Below the pieces are notes generated by a model. That model was not told the DNA's origin, searched no databases, and worked only from the letters and a program-made list of their open reading frames with translations. 44,710 nt of DNA from Sphingomonas sp. (GTDB lineage Bacteria; Pseudomonadota; Alphaproteobacteria; Sphingomonadales; Sphingomonadaceae). Where the stretch lies: NCBI GenBank assembly GCA_031364345.1, contig JANLWD010000118.1, positions 1-44,710 of the forward strand, in the 5' to 3' direction. The first letter of the stretch is position 1. Every line of letters starts with the position of its first letter. A program made the translations under genes and the position numbers. Of this stretch, positions 26,002-35,805 are shown one piece after another.

Positions 26002-27689
26002 TTCACAGGGCCGCGCCCGTCAGTGTTGATGCGCGCGGTCTTGTCGACGTTGGCCAGTGAATAGTCGAGATAGACCGACGTACCCGATCCAATCGCGCTT
26101 TCGATAACCAATGTCGCGCCCAGTTGATGCGCAAATGCCTGCATCAATTGATGCCCCATGGATGATTTTTCAACCAGATTATCATAACCAATACCGTCGT
26201 CGTTGATGACGAGGCGCGCGAGGCCATCGAAAAGAACAAATGACAGCGTGATCGTGCCAGATCTGCCTTCAGGAAAAGCGTGGCAAAAGCCATTTGTGAT
26301 TGCTTCGACAGCAAACAGGCTCAGCGGCACGGCATTGTCCACCGGCAACAGGCAGCTCACGGCATCGCATGTAAGTTCGACGCAGGTCTGATGACGATGA
26401 AGAGCCCGGAGCTGCACGCACAGGTCTGTCAGCAACCGGCCGATATCGACATTGTCATCGTCGTCGCCGTTGCTATCTTCGTATAACAGGCGATGGATTT
26501 GCGCCAACGCACCGATGCGTGCCCGCGTCTGGCTGAGTGCCGCACGTGCCGCCGGATCTTCGATACGTCGCGCCTGAAGGTTCAACAAGCTGCTGACGAT
26601 CTGGAGGTTATTTTTGACGCGGTGATGAATTTCGAGCGTCAGTGTCGTCTTGGACGCTAGTGCATTTTCAAGATCGCTGCTGCGCGCTTCGATAGTGCGC
26701 GCCATGCCGTGCAATTCGTCGCTCAACTGCACGATTTCGCGAGGCGCTTTTGCGTAGCCATCGGGATCACCGCGATAATCGCCCGCCGCAAATTGCCGGG
26801 TGAGATTGCGTAACGATCCGAGCCATCGCACGACGATTGCATTCGTCCCCAGCCATAATGCCAGCGACGCCAGAAGTATGGTCACGATCGGCAGGATCAG
26901 GTCAATTTTCACTTGCGCGAGTGCGGTCGACATGACCGCCGCACGCGGTTCGGCATAAATCACATACAGCGCGTTGTCATACAGCGGTGCCGCCGAATAC
27001 ATCCAGATTGTGCCGTCGACCGATGCGGCCTCGGCAATCTGACCGACCGCCGGAGCCGTCTTGAGCCGAGGCAATTTGGCGTTGCCGTTGATGAGGATAA
27101 TCTGGCCCGCAGCATCGGTTACGGCAATCGTCGCGGCCTGCGATTTGCTCGCGCGTGCAAGCGACTTCTGAAGCCACGCAAGATTTATGGCAGTCGTGAT
27201 TGCGCCGTCATTGCGGCCGTCGGCCGTGCGCACCGGCAACATGCCGATCAGGACGGTGCGTTGTGTGATCGGGCCAAAAATCGGCGCACTGATCGAAAAC
27301 TTGTCCTGCACGATACCGCGTTGCCACCACTCGTCCTTTGCGAACGATAGCTTACTATTGACCGGTAGGACCGAGCATCGGACGAGGCCGGCTGCGTCCG
27401 AACGCGCGAAATTCAGCAGTGAAGGGTTGCCGGTCAAGCCGGCGCGCAGCCCTTCGCGGCACCCCGGTCCCATCGCACGAACGGCATCGTTGCCGGACAA
27501 TGTGACCAATGTGTGTTCGGCAATGATCAGCGGATCCCGCTCTCGGCCGGCAGTGGCCAGTGCACTCGCAATCAATTGATTCCCGATCAGTTGCCGGGAA
27601 TAATTGAGCGAGGACAATGCCTGCATCACGCTGAGTGTGCCGATGGGCAGCAGTGCCGCGATCACAATCAGGATCAGACCGCCGCGCAA
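25998..27689 (-). CDS. Membrane sensor histidine kinase, HisKA_2/HWE-related (possible PhyP/GsrP-type)
   Basis: Two TMs flanking a Cache-like periplasmic domain; HAMP; H-box EIHHRVKNNLQ; DDGIG. Directly downstream of ecfG. TTG start uncertain. Confidence 0.88.
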   Translation of the reverse strand: MRGGLILIVIAALLPIGTLSVMQALSSLNYSRQLIGNQLIASALATAGRERDPLIIAEHTLVTLSGNDAVRAMGPGCREGLRAGLTGNPSLLNFARSDAAGLVRCSVLPVNSKLSFAKDEWWQRGIVQDKFSISAPIFGPITQRTVLIGMLPVRTADGRNDGAITTAINLAWLQKSLARASKSQAATIAVTDAAGQIILINGNAKLPRLKTAPAVGQIAEAASVDGTIWMYSAAPLYDNALYVIYAEPRAAVMSTALAQVKIDLILPIVTILLASLALWLGTNAIVVRWLGSLRNLTRQFAAGDYRGDPDGYAKAPREIVQLSDELHGMARTIEARSSDLENALASKTTLTLEIHHRVKNNLQIVSSLLNLQARRIEDPAARAALSQTRARIGALAQIHRLLYEDSNGDDDDNVDIGRLLTDLCVQLRALHRHQTCVELTCDAVSCLLPVDNAVPLSLFAVEAITNGFCHAFPEGRSGTITLSFVLFDGLARLVINDDGIGYDNLVEKSSMGHQLMQAFAHQLGATLVIESAIGSGTSVYLDYSLANVDKTARINTDGRGPVN

Positions 27690-27715
27690 GGTAAACGGTC
27701 GCCGAGTGATAAGCT

Positions 27716-28303
27716 TTACTCCGCTGCGATGCGCGACGCTGCACGCTTGCGCGGTGCCGCCGCTGATCGTTCGATCATGATCATCGCATCGTCATCGCCT
27801 TCGATCAAAACCGCAAGCGCCTTTCGACCGCGAGCGAGACGGCTTTTGATCGTCCCAACCGCGCAACCGACGATTTCGGCCGCTTCTTCATATGAAACGC
27901 CGTTGGCACCGATGAGCAACAGGACTTCGCGCTGTTCGAACGGAAGCTTCTGCAAAGCTTTTGCCACGTCGGCAACGTGAATATGGTGCTGTTGTTCAGG
28001 GGACTGGATCAGCGTGCGCTCGGCCAGTTCGGGATCGAGGCTGGTCGTCCGGTTGCTTTTGCGGATCGATGTGTAAAATTGGTTGCGCATAATCATGAAC
28101 ATCCAGGCGCGGAAGTTCGTGCCGGGTGTGAAGCTGGCACGCGCACTCCACGCGCGGGTCATCGTGTCCTGGGCGAGGTCGTCGGCCATGTCGCGCCAGC
28201 CGCACAAGCCACGCGCGAACGATCGCAACTGTGGAATCATTGCAACAAGTTGGTCGCGGAACGCCTCGTCGGCTGCGATCTTATCAGGAGTACTGCCGCT
28301 CAT
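27716..28303 (-). CDS. ecfG: ECF15 general stress sigma factor (EcfG/SigT/RpoE2)
   Basis: IPQLRSFARGL, ADDLAQDT, FTPGTNFRAWMFMIMRN, SYEEAAEIVGCAVGTIKSRLARGR; coupled to nepR and opposite phyR. Confidence 0.93.
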   Translation of the reverse strand: MSGSTPDKIAADEAFRDQLVAMIPQLRSFARGLCGWRDMADDLAQDTMTRAWSARASFTPGTNFRAWMFMIMRNQFYTSIRKSNRTTSLDPELAERTLIQSPEQQHHIHVADVAKALQKLPFEQREVLLLIGANGVSYEEAAEIVGCAVGTIKSRLARGRKALAVLIEGDDDAMIMIERSAAAPRKRAASRIAAE

Positions 28304-28491
28304 TGGACTGTCTTGGCCGCAGCGATTTTTCGATCGATATCTTCAAGAATACGCAGAAAATCTTCGGGCACATCTTCGGTGGCAACCGCTTGATGCATTT
28401 GCTTGAGCGCGGCCTCGACCGGATCGAAGGCAGTCTCAATTTCAGGCATTTTTTTTCCTTTCGGGGTTTGCGCTTTTGCCATTGCGAACAT
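28300..28491 (-). CDS. nepR: Anti-sigma factor NepR
   Basis: VEAALKQMHQAVATEDVPEDFLRILEDID fits the NepR core; stop overlaps ecfG ATG. Start could be 28482. Confidence 0.87.
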   Translation of the reverse strand: MFAMAKAQTPKGKKMPEIETAFDPVEAALKQMHQAVATEDVPEDFLRILEDIDRKIAAAKTVQ

Positions 28492-28551
28492 TTCTCCCCA
28501 GGGTTGGCTGCCGCGATAACACGGCAGCGCGGCTTTAGGTTCATAACCGAT

Positions 28552-28576
28552 GGAACATTGTTTGATGACCGCGGTT
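28552..28576 (+). promoter_or_regulatory. EcfG promoter for phyR
   Basis: GGAAC-N17-GTT, ending 25 nt before the phyR ATG. Confidence 0.78.
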
Positions 28577-28601
28577 CTTGTTACCTCCTCGAGGAATATA
28601 A

Positions 28602-29378
28602 ATGTCTATAAAAGCTGCTTTGGGACCCGAGCTTCCCTTTCTGCGTCGTTATGTGCGCGCGCTGACAGGATCGCAGAATTTAGGGGATGCGGCAGTGCGG
28701 GAGGTACTCGAAGCATTGCTCGAAGCTCCGCAGGAATTTGCCATCAATGAACATCCGCGTTTCGAACTTTACCGTGTTTTCCACAAAATATGGTCGGGTA
28801 TGCGACCGGGTGACGACGGCATGGGCCCGGTTGGACGGCTTTCGGTTACCTCGCGTCAGTCCTTGCTGTTGACGGCAATCGAAGGATTTAGTCTGAGTGA
28901 CGCCGCGCGAATCGTCGGTCGGCCCGAAGCAAATGTGTCGGCCGAAATCGTCGCGGCGCGCGCGGCAATTGCCGATGAATTGCAAGCGCAGGTGATGATC
29001 ATCGAGGACGAATCGATCATTGCCCTCCATATCAAATCGATCGTCGAAGACCTGGGTCACAGCGTCACCGGCGTTGCGCGAACACATCGTGAAGCTGTCG
29101 CTTTGGCGGGTCGTATTCCCCCTGAGCTTGTGCTTGCCGACATCAGCCTTGCCGACGGGTCGAGCGGCGTCGATGCCGTCAAGGACATACTCGACGTCAT
29201 GGACGTGCCGGTGATTTTCATCACTGCATTTCCCGAACGGTTGTTGACCGGTGAGCGGCCTGAACCTGCTTATATGATTACCAAGCCGTTCGAGCCGGAA
29301 ACGGTTGCGGCGACAATCGGACAGGCATTGCTTTTCCATCGTGAAACGCGCGGCACGGCAAGGCTCGCGGACGCATGA
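28602..29378 (+). CDS. phyR: Anti-anti-sigma response regulator PhyR
   Basis: Sigma-like N-terminus LPFLRRYVRALTGSQ; receiver IIEDE, LADISLADGSSG, FITAFPERLLTGERPEPAYMITKPF. Confidence 0.96.
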   Translation: MSIKAALGPELPFLRRYVRALTGSQNLGDAAVREVLEALLEAPQEFAINEHPRFELYRVFHKIWSGMRPGDDGMGPVGRLSVTSRQSLLLTAIEGFSLSDAARIVGRPEANVSAEIVAARAAIADELQAQVMIIEDESIIALHIKSIVEDLGHSVTGVARTHREAVALAGRIPPELVLADISLADGSSGVDAVKDILDVMDVPVIFITAFPERLLTGERPEPAYMITKPFEPETVAATIGQALLFHRETRGTARLADA

Positions 29379-29382
29379 CACC

Positions 29383-29407
29383 GGAACAAATATCGCTTCG
29401 TCTGGTT
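29383..29407 (+). promoter_or_regulatory. EcfG promoter for the GT4-GH130 operon
   Basis: GGAAC-N17-GTT immediately after the phyR stop. Confidence 0.72.
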
Positions 29408-29519
29408 AATGCTGCAATGCAACATGAGTTTGCCGACGTCTGAGTCGTTCGCCAGTGATCCGCTGGCATGCACAACGGCGATTTTCCGTCGGAAACCCTG
29501 CGAATCGAAGGGCGCAACG

Positions 29520-31790
29520 ATGTATCAGACGACGACCAGCACGATTTTCGACGATGAGATCGCACCGATCGCGGGGGAAAGATCAGCGAGGAAAGCCGCG
29601 ACGCGTTTGGCCTTGATCGGTGGCTTCACGCCCCGGCGGTGCGGGATCGCGACTTTCACGGCGGACATCTACGACTCGCTGATTGCGTCTTCGCCCGATA
29701 TCGCGGTTGATGTGTATGCGATGACGCCGGCACCGGAGCATACAGCATTCGCGCCGGCCGTGACGTCGACGATCGTGGAAGATGACAATGAAAGTTTCCG
29801 TAGGGCAGCGACCGATATCAACGCGACCAGTGCTGATGTGGTGTGGTTGCAACATGAATTCGGGCTTTTCGGTGGCACTGCGGGTGACTTTATTCTGACG
29901 CTGGTCGATCGGATCGCGGCACCGCTGATTGTCACCATGCATACCGTGCTCGAACGTCCCAATGAGGCGCAGATGCGCGTCATGCGACGGCTGATCGCTC
30001 GGGCATCGGTTCTGGTTGTCATGTCCGAACGTGGTCGGTCGCTGCTCGAAAGCGTCTATGATGCCGATCCCAGCCATATCGTTCTGATCCCGCATGGCGT
30101 GCCTGATCGACCGTTCGGACGTTCTGATCATTTCAAGAGTAGATTCGGACTTAGCAGCCGCAAAGTGCTGATGACATTTGGCCTGTTGTCGCCGGGAAAG
30201 GGAATAGAATCGGTGATCGCGGCATTGCCCGCACTGGTCGCGGCACATCCCGACTTACTTTACTGCATCGTCGGTGCGACCCACCCCAATTTGATTGCAG
30301 AGCAGGGCGAAGCATATCGCGATCGCCTCCACACGCTCGCCGAAACGCTTGGTGTTGGTGATCATATTCGCTGGGTGAATAGTTTCGTCGATACGCCCGA
30401 ACTGCTCGATCGGCTCGAGGCGGCCGATATTTACATCACGCCCTATCTTGGGGCTGCGCAGACCACATCGGGCACACTTTCATATGCGGTCGCGCTCGGC
30501 AAAGCGGTCATTTCGACTCCGTATGTCCATGCTGTCGAACTGCTTGCGGACGACCATGGTGTGCTGGTGCCGTTCAACGATAGTGCGCGGATCGCTGCCG
30601 AAGTTGCCGCTCTGCTCGACGACCCCGATCGGCTTCATGCGCTCCAGCAACGGGCATATGATCGGGGAAGAAGCATGATCTGGCCGCAGTTCGCGGCACA
30701 GTGTCTGGACCTCATAAACCGCATCAAAGTGAAAAAGCCGGTCACCAGTGAAAATCTGTCGATCGGTATCACCGGTCTACTCCGCATTTGCGACGATACC
30801 GGCATCATTCAACACAGCATTCATAATGTGCCCGATCGCGCGCATGGCTATTGTGTCGATGATAACGCACGTGCGCTGATGCTGATGAATCGGCTGGGAG
30901 CTAGCACCGAACCACATCGTAGCCAGCTGGCCACGGTTTTTGCCGCGTTCGTGCAAAGTGCCTGGAACGAGGACGCACGCGAATATCGCAACTTCATGGA
31001 TTATCGCCGCAACTGGTTGGAGGATGCTGGATCGGAAGACAGCTGTGGCCGAACGCTGTGGGCACTTGGCGCAACGGCATTTGAAGGACAAACGACGGGT
31101 CTGCGTCGCTGGGCACGCGGGCTGTTCAGCCGGACTGCGTCATCGGCGCTGGCATTTGGTTCGCCGCGCGCTGTTGCGTTCGCCATGCTTGGTGCAGGTT
31201 ACCTGTTGAATAGCGAACCCGAAAATCCCTTGGCACTGGCGATTCTGGACAAAGGCGCCGCAAGCTTGCGGACTTTGTTCGATCACGTCGCGACCGCCGA
31301 TCGTCCGTGGTTCGAAACGGTTTTGGCGTATGACAATTGCCGCTTGTCCGAAGCGATGATCCGCGCTGGAGATCGCCTCGATCGCCCCGATTATACCAAC
31401 TGCGGTACGCTCACAATGCGTTGGATATTCGATCAGCAGACAGCACCGTCGGGGCATTTCCGACCGGTTGGTTCGGACAGTTTCGGACGCGATCGCGTTA
31501 AACCAATGCCCTTTGATCAGCAGCCCGTCGAAATCTGGGCGGCGATTGACGGCGCGATTGCGGCATTTGACGCAACAGGCGATGCCATTTGGCTGGTCGA
31601 TGCCCAGCGGGCCTATGACTGGTTTGGTGGTGCGAATGATCGCGGCGTCGTCGTTGCCGATCCTGCCACGGGCACATGTTGTGACGGTATCAATCCGCGC
31701 GGTCTGAACCTCAATGAAGGTGCTGAGTCAGTGCTTGCCTATCAGTTGTCGACATGCGCAATGCGTGCGCTCGTCCGCAACATTGGCTAA
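29520..31790 (+). CDS. Family 4 glycosyltransferase fused to a C-terminal alpha-helical (six-hairpin glycosidase-like) domain
   Basis: PRRCGIATFT, LQHEFGLFGG, TFGLLSPGKG, DIYITPY...SGTLSYA. C-terminal domain with HGYCVDDNARAL, LAYDNCRL, FDQQPVE, NLNEGAES. Start at 29520 is a judgement. Confidence 0.88.
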   Translation: MYQTTTSTIFDDEIAPIAGERSARKAATRLALIGGFTPRRCGIATFTADIYDSLIASSPDIAVDVYAMTPAPEHTAFAPAVTSTIVEDDNESFRRAATDINATSADVVWLQHEFGLFGGTAGDFILTLVDRIAAPLIVTMHTVLERPNEAQMRVMRRLIARASVLVVMSERGRSLLESVYDADPSHIVLIPHGVPDRPFGRSDHFKSRFGLSSRKVLMTFGLLSPGKGIESVIAALPALVAAHPDLLYCIVGATHPNLIAEQGEAYRDRLHTLAETLGVGDHIRWVNSFVDTPELLDRLEAADIYITPYLGAAQTTSGTLSYAVALGKAVISTPYVHAVELLADDHGVLVPFNDSARIAAEVAALLDDPDRLHALQQRAYDRGRSMIWPQFAAQCLDLINRIKVKKPVTSENLSIGITGLLRICDDTGIIQHSIHNVPDRAHGYCVDDNARALMLMNRLGASTEPHRSQLATVFAAFVQSAWNEDAREYRNFMDYRRNWLEDAGSEDSCGRTLWALGATAFEGQTTGLRRWARGLFSRTASSALAFGSPRAVAFAMLGAGYLLNSEPENPLALAILDKGAASLRTLFDHVATADRPWFETVLAYDNCRLSEAMIRAGDRLDRPDYTNCGTLTMRWIFDQQTAPSGHFRPVGSDSFGRDRVKPMPFDQQPVEIWAAIDGAIAAFDATGDAIWLVDAQRAYDWFGGANDRGVVVADPATGTCCDGINPRGLNLNEGAESVLAYQLSTCAMRALVRNIG

Positions 31791-31792
31791 TT

Positions 31793-33079
31793 ATGATCGA
31801 TCTCGTTCAAGATGAATTGCGCCTTCACGCAGATCCGGCCCGCGTCGTGGTGCGACCGTTTCATCTGGCTTGGCAGGCATCGGGCCCGGACCTCGAGCGT
31901 GTGCAAAAACTGGCGCGCGACATTCTTGCACTCGACGCGCGAACGGTTCGCGCCGAATTAAGCGTCGTCCTGCGCGATTTCGAGGACCGCCACTGGCAGA
32001 TCGAAAAAGTCTTCGACGATCGCTATGCCGAGATAGAGCCCAAGCTTGGCCTTAATGGTGTGAGCTTGAAGCGCGAGACGCGCCGGTTGATCGGCGCTTA
32101 TTTTTGCCATGAATATAGTTTTTCCGCAGCGGCGCTGATGAACCCGAGCGTTGTGCGGCATCCCGACCAGTCTGGCTTGCAGGAAGGCAGCGTTCGTATT
32201 CTGCTTTCGCTGCGAGCGGTGGGTGAGGGGCACATATCGACGATTGCATTTCGCGAAGGGATCATCTCGGCGGGTCGCCACCTCGCGCTGCTTGAGCAAC
32301 CGGCATTTGCGACCGCAGCGATGCAGGGCATGCGCAAGGACAATGCACCCACCGAAAATGTTTCGCTTTACCGTCACCGCGACAGCACCATCTCGGGCAC
32401 CGTGATTTTTCCGATTACCGAAGCGCAGCGCAACGGCCTTGAAGATTTGCGCCTTGTCGAATTCATTCGTGACAGCGGCAAGAGCGAATGGATCGGAACC
32501 TATACCGCCTATAGCGGCCGCGATATTCGGTCGGAATTACTGCGCACCCGCGATTTCCGCGATTTCACGCTGACACCGATCCGCGGCGGTGCCGGGCGTA
32601 ACAAGGGAATGGCGTTATTCCCGCGCAAGATTGACGGTCAGTTTTTGATGATCGGACGACAAGATGGCAAAAATCTCTATTTGCTCCGCTCGGATAAAAT
32701 CGACGAATGGGAAAGCGGCGAACTGTTGCTCGAACCCCGTTTTCCCTGGGAACTCGTCCAGATCGGGAATTGTGGCGCGCCGATCGAACTCGATGAAGGC
32801 TGGCTGGTGCTCACGCACGGTGTCGGCGCAATGCGCAAATATGCAATCGGTGCAGCACTGCTCGACAAGGACGATCCGTCCAAAGTGATCGGCCGCACGC
32901 GCAATCCCATTCTTTCAGCGGCCGACGAAGACCGCGAAGGATATGTGCCCAATGTGGTCTACACCTGCGGCGCGATCCGCGTCGGGGACGACCTGTTCCT
33001 GCCTTATGGCGTGGCGGACAGCTCGGTATGTTTCGCTTTTGTCGCGATCAAGGATATCCTTTCCCAGATGAGAGCGTGA
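31793..33079 (+). CDS. Glycoside hydrolase family 130 (mannoside phosphorylase/hydrolase-like)
   Basis: AALMNPS, GLEDLRLV, NKGMALFPRKI, IGNCGAPI, REGYVPNVVYTCG, LPYGVAD; starts 2 nt after the GT4 stop. Confidence 0.87.
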   Translation: MIDLVQDELRLHADPARVVVRPFHLAWQASGPDLERVQKLARDILALDARTVRAELSVVLRDFEDRHWQIEKVFDDRYAEIEPKLGLNGVSLKRETRRLIGAYFCHEYSFSAAALMNPSVVRHPDQSGLQEGSVRILLSLRAVGEGHISTIAFREGIISAGRHLALLEQPAFATAAMQGMRKDNAPTENVSLYRHRDSTISGTVIFPITEAQRNGLEDLRLVEFIRDSGKSEWIGTYTAYSGRDIRSELLRTRDFRDFTLTPIRGGAGRNKGMALFPRKIDGQFLMIGRQDGKNLYLLRSDKIDEWESGELLLEPRFPWELVQIGNCGAPIELDEGWLVLTHGVGAMRKYAIGAALLDKDDPSKVIGRTRNPILSAADEDREGYVPNVVYTCGAIRVGDDLFLPYGVADSSVCFAFVAIKDILSQMRA

Positions 33080-33108
33080 AAACGGCTTATCGCGCCGCAT
33101 GATCGATT

Positions 33109-34644
33109 TTATTCGCCACCCGTCAGGCTCGCCCGGCGCGTTGCTTTGGGCGCAATCCAGACGACTGCCGCGGCCGCCGCAAATGCCAGTGTTGCCCAGA
33201 TAAAGACATGGATCAGGCCGAGCGTCGATGCCTGTGTGTCGACCATCCGCTCTATTACAGCACGCGCCTGGCCATCGGTGAAGCCGCGCAGTTCAAGCTC
33301 AGTCATCATCTCACCGGCACCATTGAGATGACCCGCCAAGTCGCTGCGCGCGAGGCGGTTCGCGCCGTCCCATGCCGACGTTGCGACGGCAGTGGCGACC
33401 GCGCCCGACAACGTCCGCATAAAGCTCATCAGACCCGCTGCCGACGCGGTTTCGCTTGGTTCGACACTCGCCAGCGCAAGCTGGGTCAGCCCCATGAAGA
33501 ACATTGGGACGCCGGCACCCTGGATGATCTGTGGCAGCGCATAAGTCCAATAGTCGGCATCGCTCGTCCACCCCAGCCGGAGTATGGAGACGAGCGCGAC
33601 CCAAAGTATGCCGACGCTGGCCATAATTCGCAGGTCGACCCGGCCGATCCCGCGCGCTGCGACGGGTGAAAAGATGACGGCAAGGACGCCCGACCAGGCA
33701 ACGACATAGCCGGCTTGGGTTGCGGAATAGCCGACGACCTGCTGCAGCCAGAGCGGCGAGAGCACGATCGATGCAAAATAGCTGCCAAATGCCAGCGAGA
33801 CTGCAATCGTTGCGGCGGTAAAGCCGCGGTGCCGAAAGACCCGAATGTCGACGATCGGGTCGCGTTCGGTCAGCTCCCAGATCACGAAAACAGCGAACGA
33901 TATCGCGCTGATCACCGCCAGGCCCGTGATCCATGTGCTGGCAAACCAGTCATTCTCACGACCGGTATCGAGCATCAGCTGAAACGACCCAACCGTCAGC
34001 ACAAGGAGGAGAAGGCCGATCTTGTCGATGCGCTTTTTGACTGGTGCCGTGTCGTAACGGAGCGCCAGCGCCCGGACCGCAATGAAGCTGACGACGACAA
34101 TCGGCACATTGATGAAAAATATCCATGGCCAGGACCAGTTGTCGCTGATCGCGCCGCCAAGGATCGGGCCCAATATCGGTGCCGATGTGGTTGTCATCGC
34201 CCATAATGCGAGTGCGATCGGTTGTTTGTTGCGCGGAAAGATGCGTAGCAGCAGCACCTGTGACAACGGCAGCAACGGGCCACCCGAAAGCCCCTGAAGC
34301 ACGCGGAAGACAATTAGCGTATCGAGCGAGCGTGAGAGCCCGCACAAACAGGAGAACGTCGCGAAACCCGCGAGCGAAACCAGAAACCACCGGACGCTGC
34401 CAAAGCGCAGCGAGAGCCAACCGGTCAACGGCACAGTGATTGCGTCGGCCACGGCATAGCTGGTGATCGCCCACGTGCCCTGAGACGGCGATACCGCGAG
34501 GCTTCCGGCGATATGCGGGATGCTCACGTTGGCGATCGTCAGATCGAGAACGACAACGAAATTGGCCAGCGCAAGGCTGAATGCGACTGCGAACAATCGC
34601 CATCCGTCGAGCGGTTGTTCGATTGTGTCCGCGCTGTCGCTCAA
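33109..34644 (-). CDS. emrB: DHA2-family MFS efflux permease (EmrB-like)
   Basis: VLDLTIANVSIPHI, WAITSY, FRVLQGLSGGPL, GPILGGAISDNWSWPWIFFINVP. Confidence 0.92.
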   Translation of the reverse strand: MSDSADTIEQPLDGWRLFAVAFSLALANFVVVLDLTIANVSIPHIAGSLAVSPSQGTWAITSYAVADAITVPLTGWLSLRFGSVRWFLVSLAGFATFSCLCGLSRSLDTLIVFRVLQGLSGGPLLPLSQVLLLRIFPRNKQPIALALWAMTTTSAPILGPILGGAISDNWSWPWIFFINVPIVVVSFIAVRALALRYDTAPVKKRIDKIGLLLLVLTVGSFQLMLDTGRENDWFASTWITGLAVISAISFAVFVIWELTERDPIVDIRVFRHRGFTAATIAVSLAFGSYFASIVLSPLWLQQVVGYSATQAGYVVAWSGVLAVIFSPVAARGIGRVDLRIMASVGILWVALVSILRLGWTSDADYWTYALPQIIQGAGVPMFFMGLTQLALASVEPSETASAAGLMSFMRTLSGAVATAVATSAWDGANRLARSDLAGHLNGAGEMMTELELRGFTDGQARAVIERMVDTQASTLGLIHVFIWATLAFAAAAAVVWIAPKATRRASLTGGE

Positions 34645-34659
34645 TTTCCCTTGCTCAAT

Positions 34660-35805
34660 TTACTTGTCCCGCGTGTCGATCGTTGCAGTCATCGAGAGCC
34701 CGACGCGCAGCGGATGCGCAGCGAGTTGTTTGGCATCGAGCGCAATGCGGACAGGCAGGCGCTGGACCACCTTAACCCAGTTCCCCGTCGCATTTTGTGC
34801 AGGGATCAGGGCGAATGCCGCACCCGTGCCGCCAGCAAATCCCATGACCCGTCCATCGTACCGAACTTGCCCGCCCCAGAAATCACTGGTCAACGCGACA
34901 CGCTGTCCGACACGGACATTGCGCAGCTGTGCTTCCTTGAAATTCGCGTCGACATACGCCGACGTGACCGGCACCAGTGTCATGATCGGAACGCCGGCCG
35001 CGATGCGCTGACCGACCTGAACCTGACGGTTGGTGACGACCCCATCGATCGGTGCGCGAATGACCGTTCGCGCCAAAGCGAGCCGCGCCGCATCGAGCCG
35101 CGCTCGCGCCGCCGCCACATCGGGCGCTGTATCGATCGTCGTTCCCGACACAACCGCTGCGCTCGCACTCACATCGCTGCCCGCTGACAACCCGTTTGCA
35201 CGTGCCGAAGTGACCCCGGCAACAGCAAGGTCGCGGGCCGCACGCGCGCTGGCAAAGGCGGCCCGGGCGCTGCTGAGTTCCTCGACAGATACAGCGCCGC
35301 TGCTGATAAGGGCTTCACGTCGCGAAAGGTCGGCGCGCGCACGAACCATCGCCGCGTCGGCCTCTGCAACACGAGCTTGCGCCTGCGCGACATCGGCATT
35401 GCGTGATGCGGCGCGCGCCGTGGCGGAACCGAGATTCGCACGCGCTTGCGTATATCGTTGCTGCGCCTGACTGAAAGCGGCTTCGGCAATGGCAACATCG
35501 ACTTTCGCATCGGCGGGATCGAGCGTCACCAGAACATCACCCTTACGCACGCTTTGTGTGCCGGCGACACGCACGTCGACGACGGCTCCGCCGACCAGTG
35601 CCGTTACTTGCGCGACGTCGGCGCCAACATAAGCGTTGTCGGTTTCCACGCGACCCGACTGATTCAGCCAATATGATATGCCCGAAATCAGCGCGGCGAC
35701 GACGACGACAACGGCGACGATCCGCAACAGCTTTGCCCGCTTCGTCCCTTGGGCATCAGAAGCTGCGTCAGCGGATTCGATTACGGACATAGCGGCATCG
35801 GCCAT
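34660..35805 (-). CDS. emrA: EmrA-family membrane fusion protein
   Basis: VETDNAYV, IRAPIDGVV, VDANFKEAQL, PAQNATGNWVKVVQRLPVRI; ATG overlaps upstream stop (TGATG). Confidence 0.93.
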   Translation of the reverse strand: MADAAMSVIESADAASDAQGTKRAKLLRIVAVVVVVAALISGISYWLNQSGRVETDNAYVGADVAQVTALVGGAVVDVRVAGTQSVRKGDVLVTLDPADAKVDVAIAEAAFSQAQQRYTQARANLGSATARAASRNADVAQAQARVAEADAAMVRARADLSRREALISSGAVSVEELSSARAAFASARAARDLAVAGVTSARANGLSAGSDVSASAAVVSGTTIDTAPDVAAARARLDAARLALARTVIRAPIDGVVTNRQVQVGQRIAAGVPIMTLVPVTSAYVDANFKEAQLRNVRVGQRVALTSDFWGGQVRYDGRVMGFAGGTGAAFALIPAQNATGNWVKVVQRLPVRIALDAKQLAAHPLRVGLSMTATIDTRDK

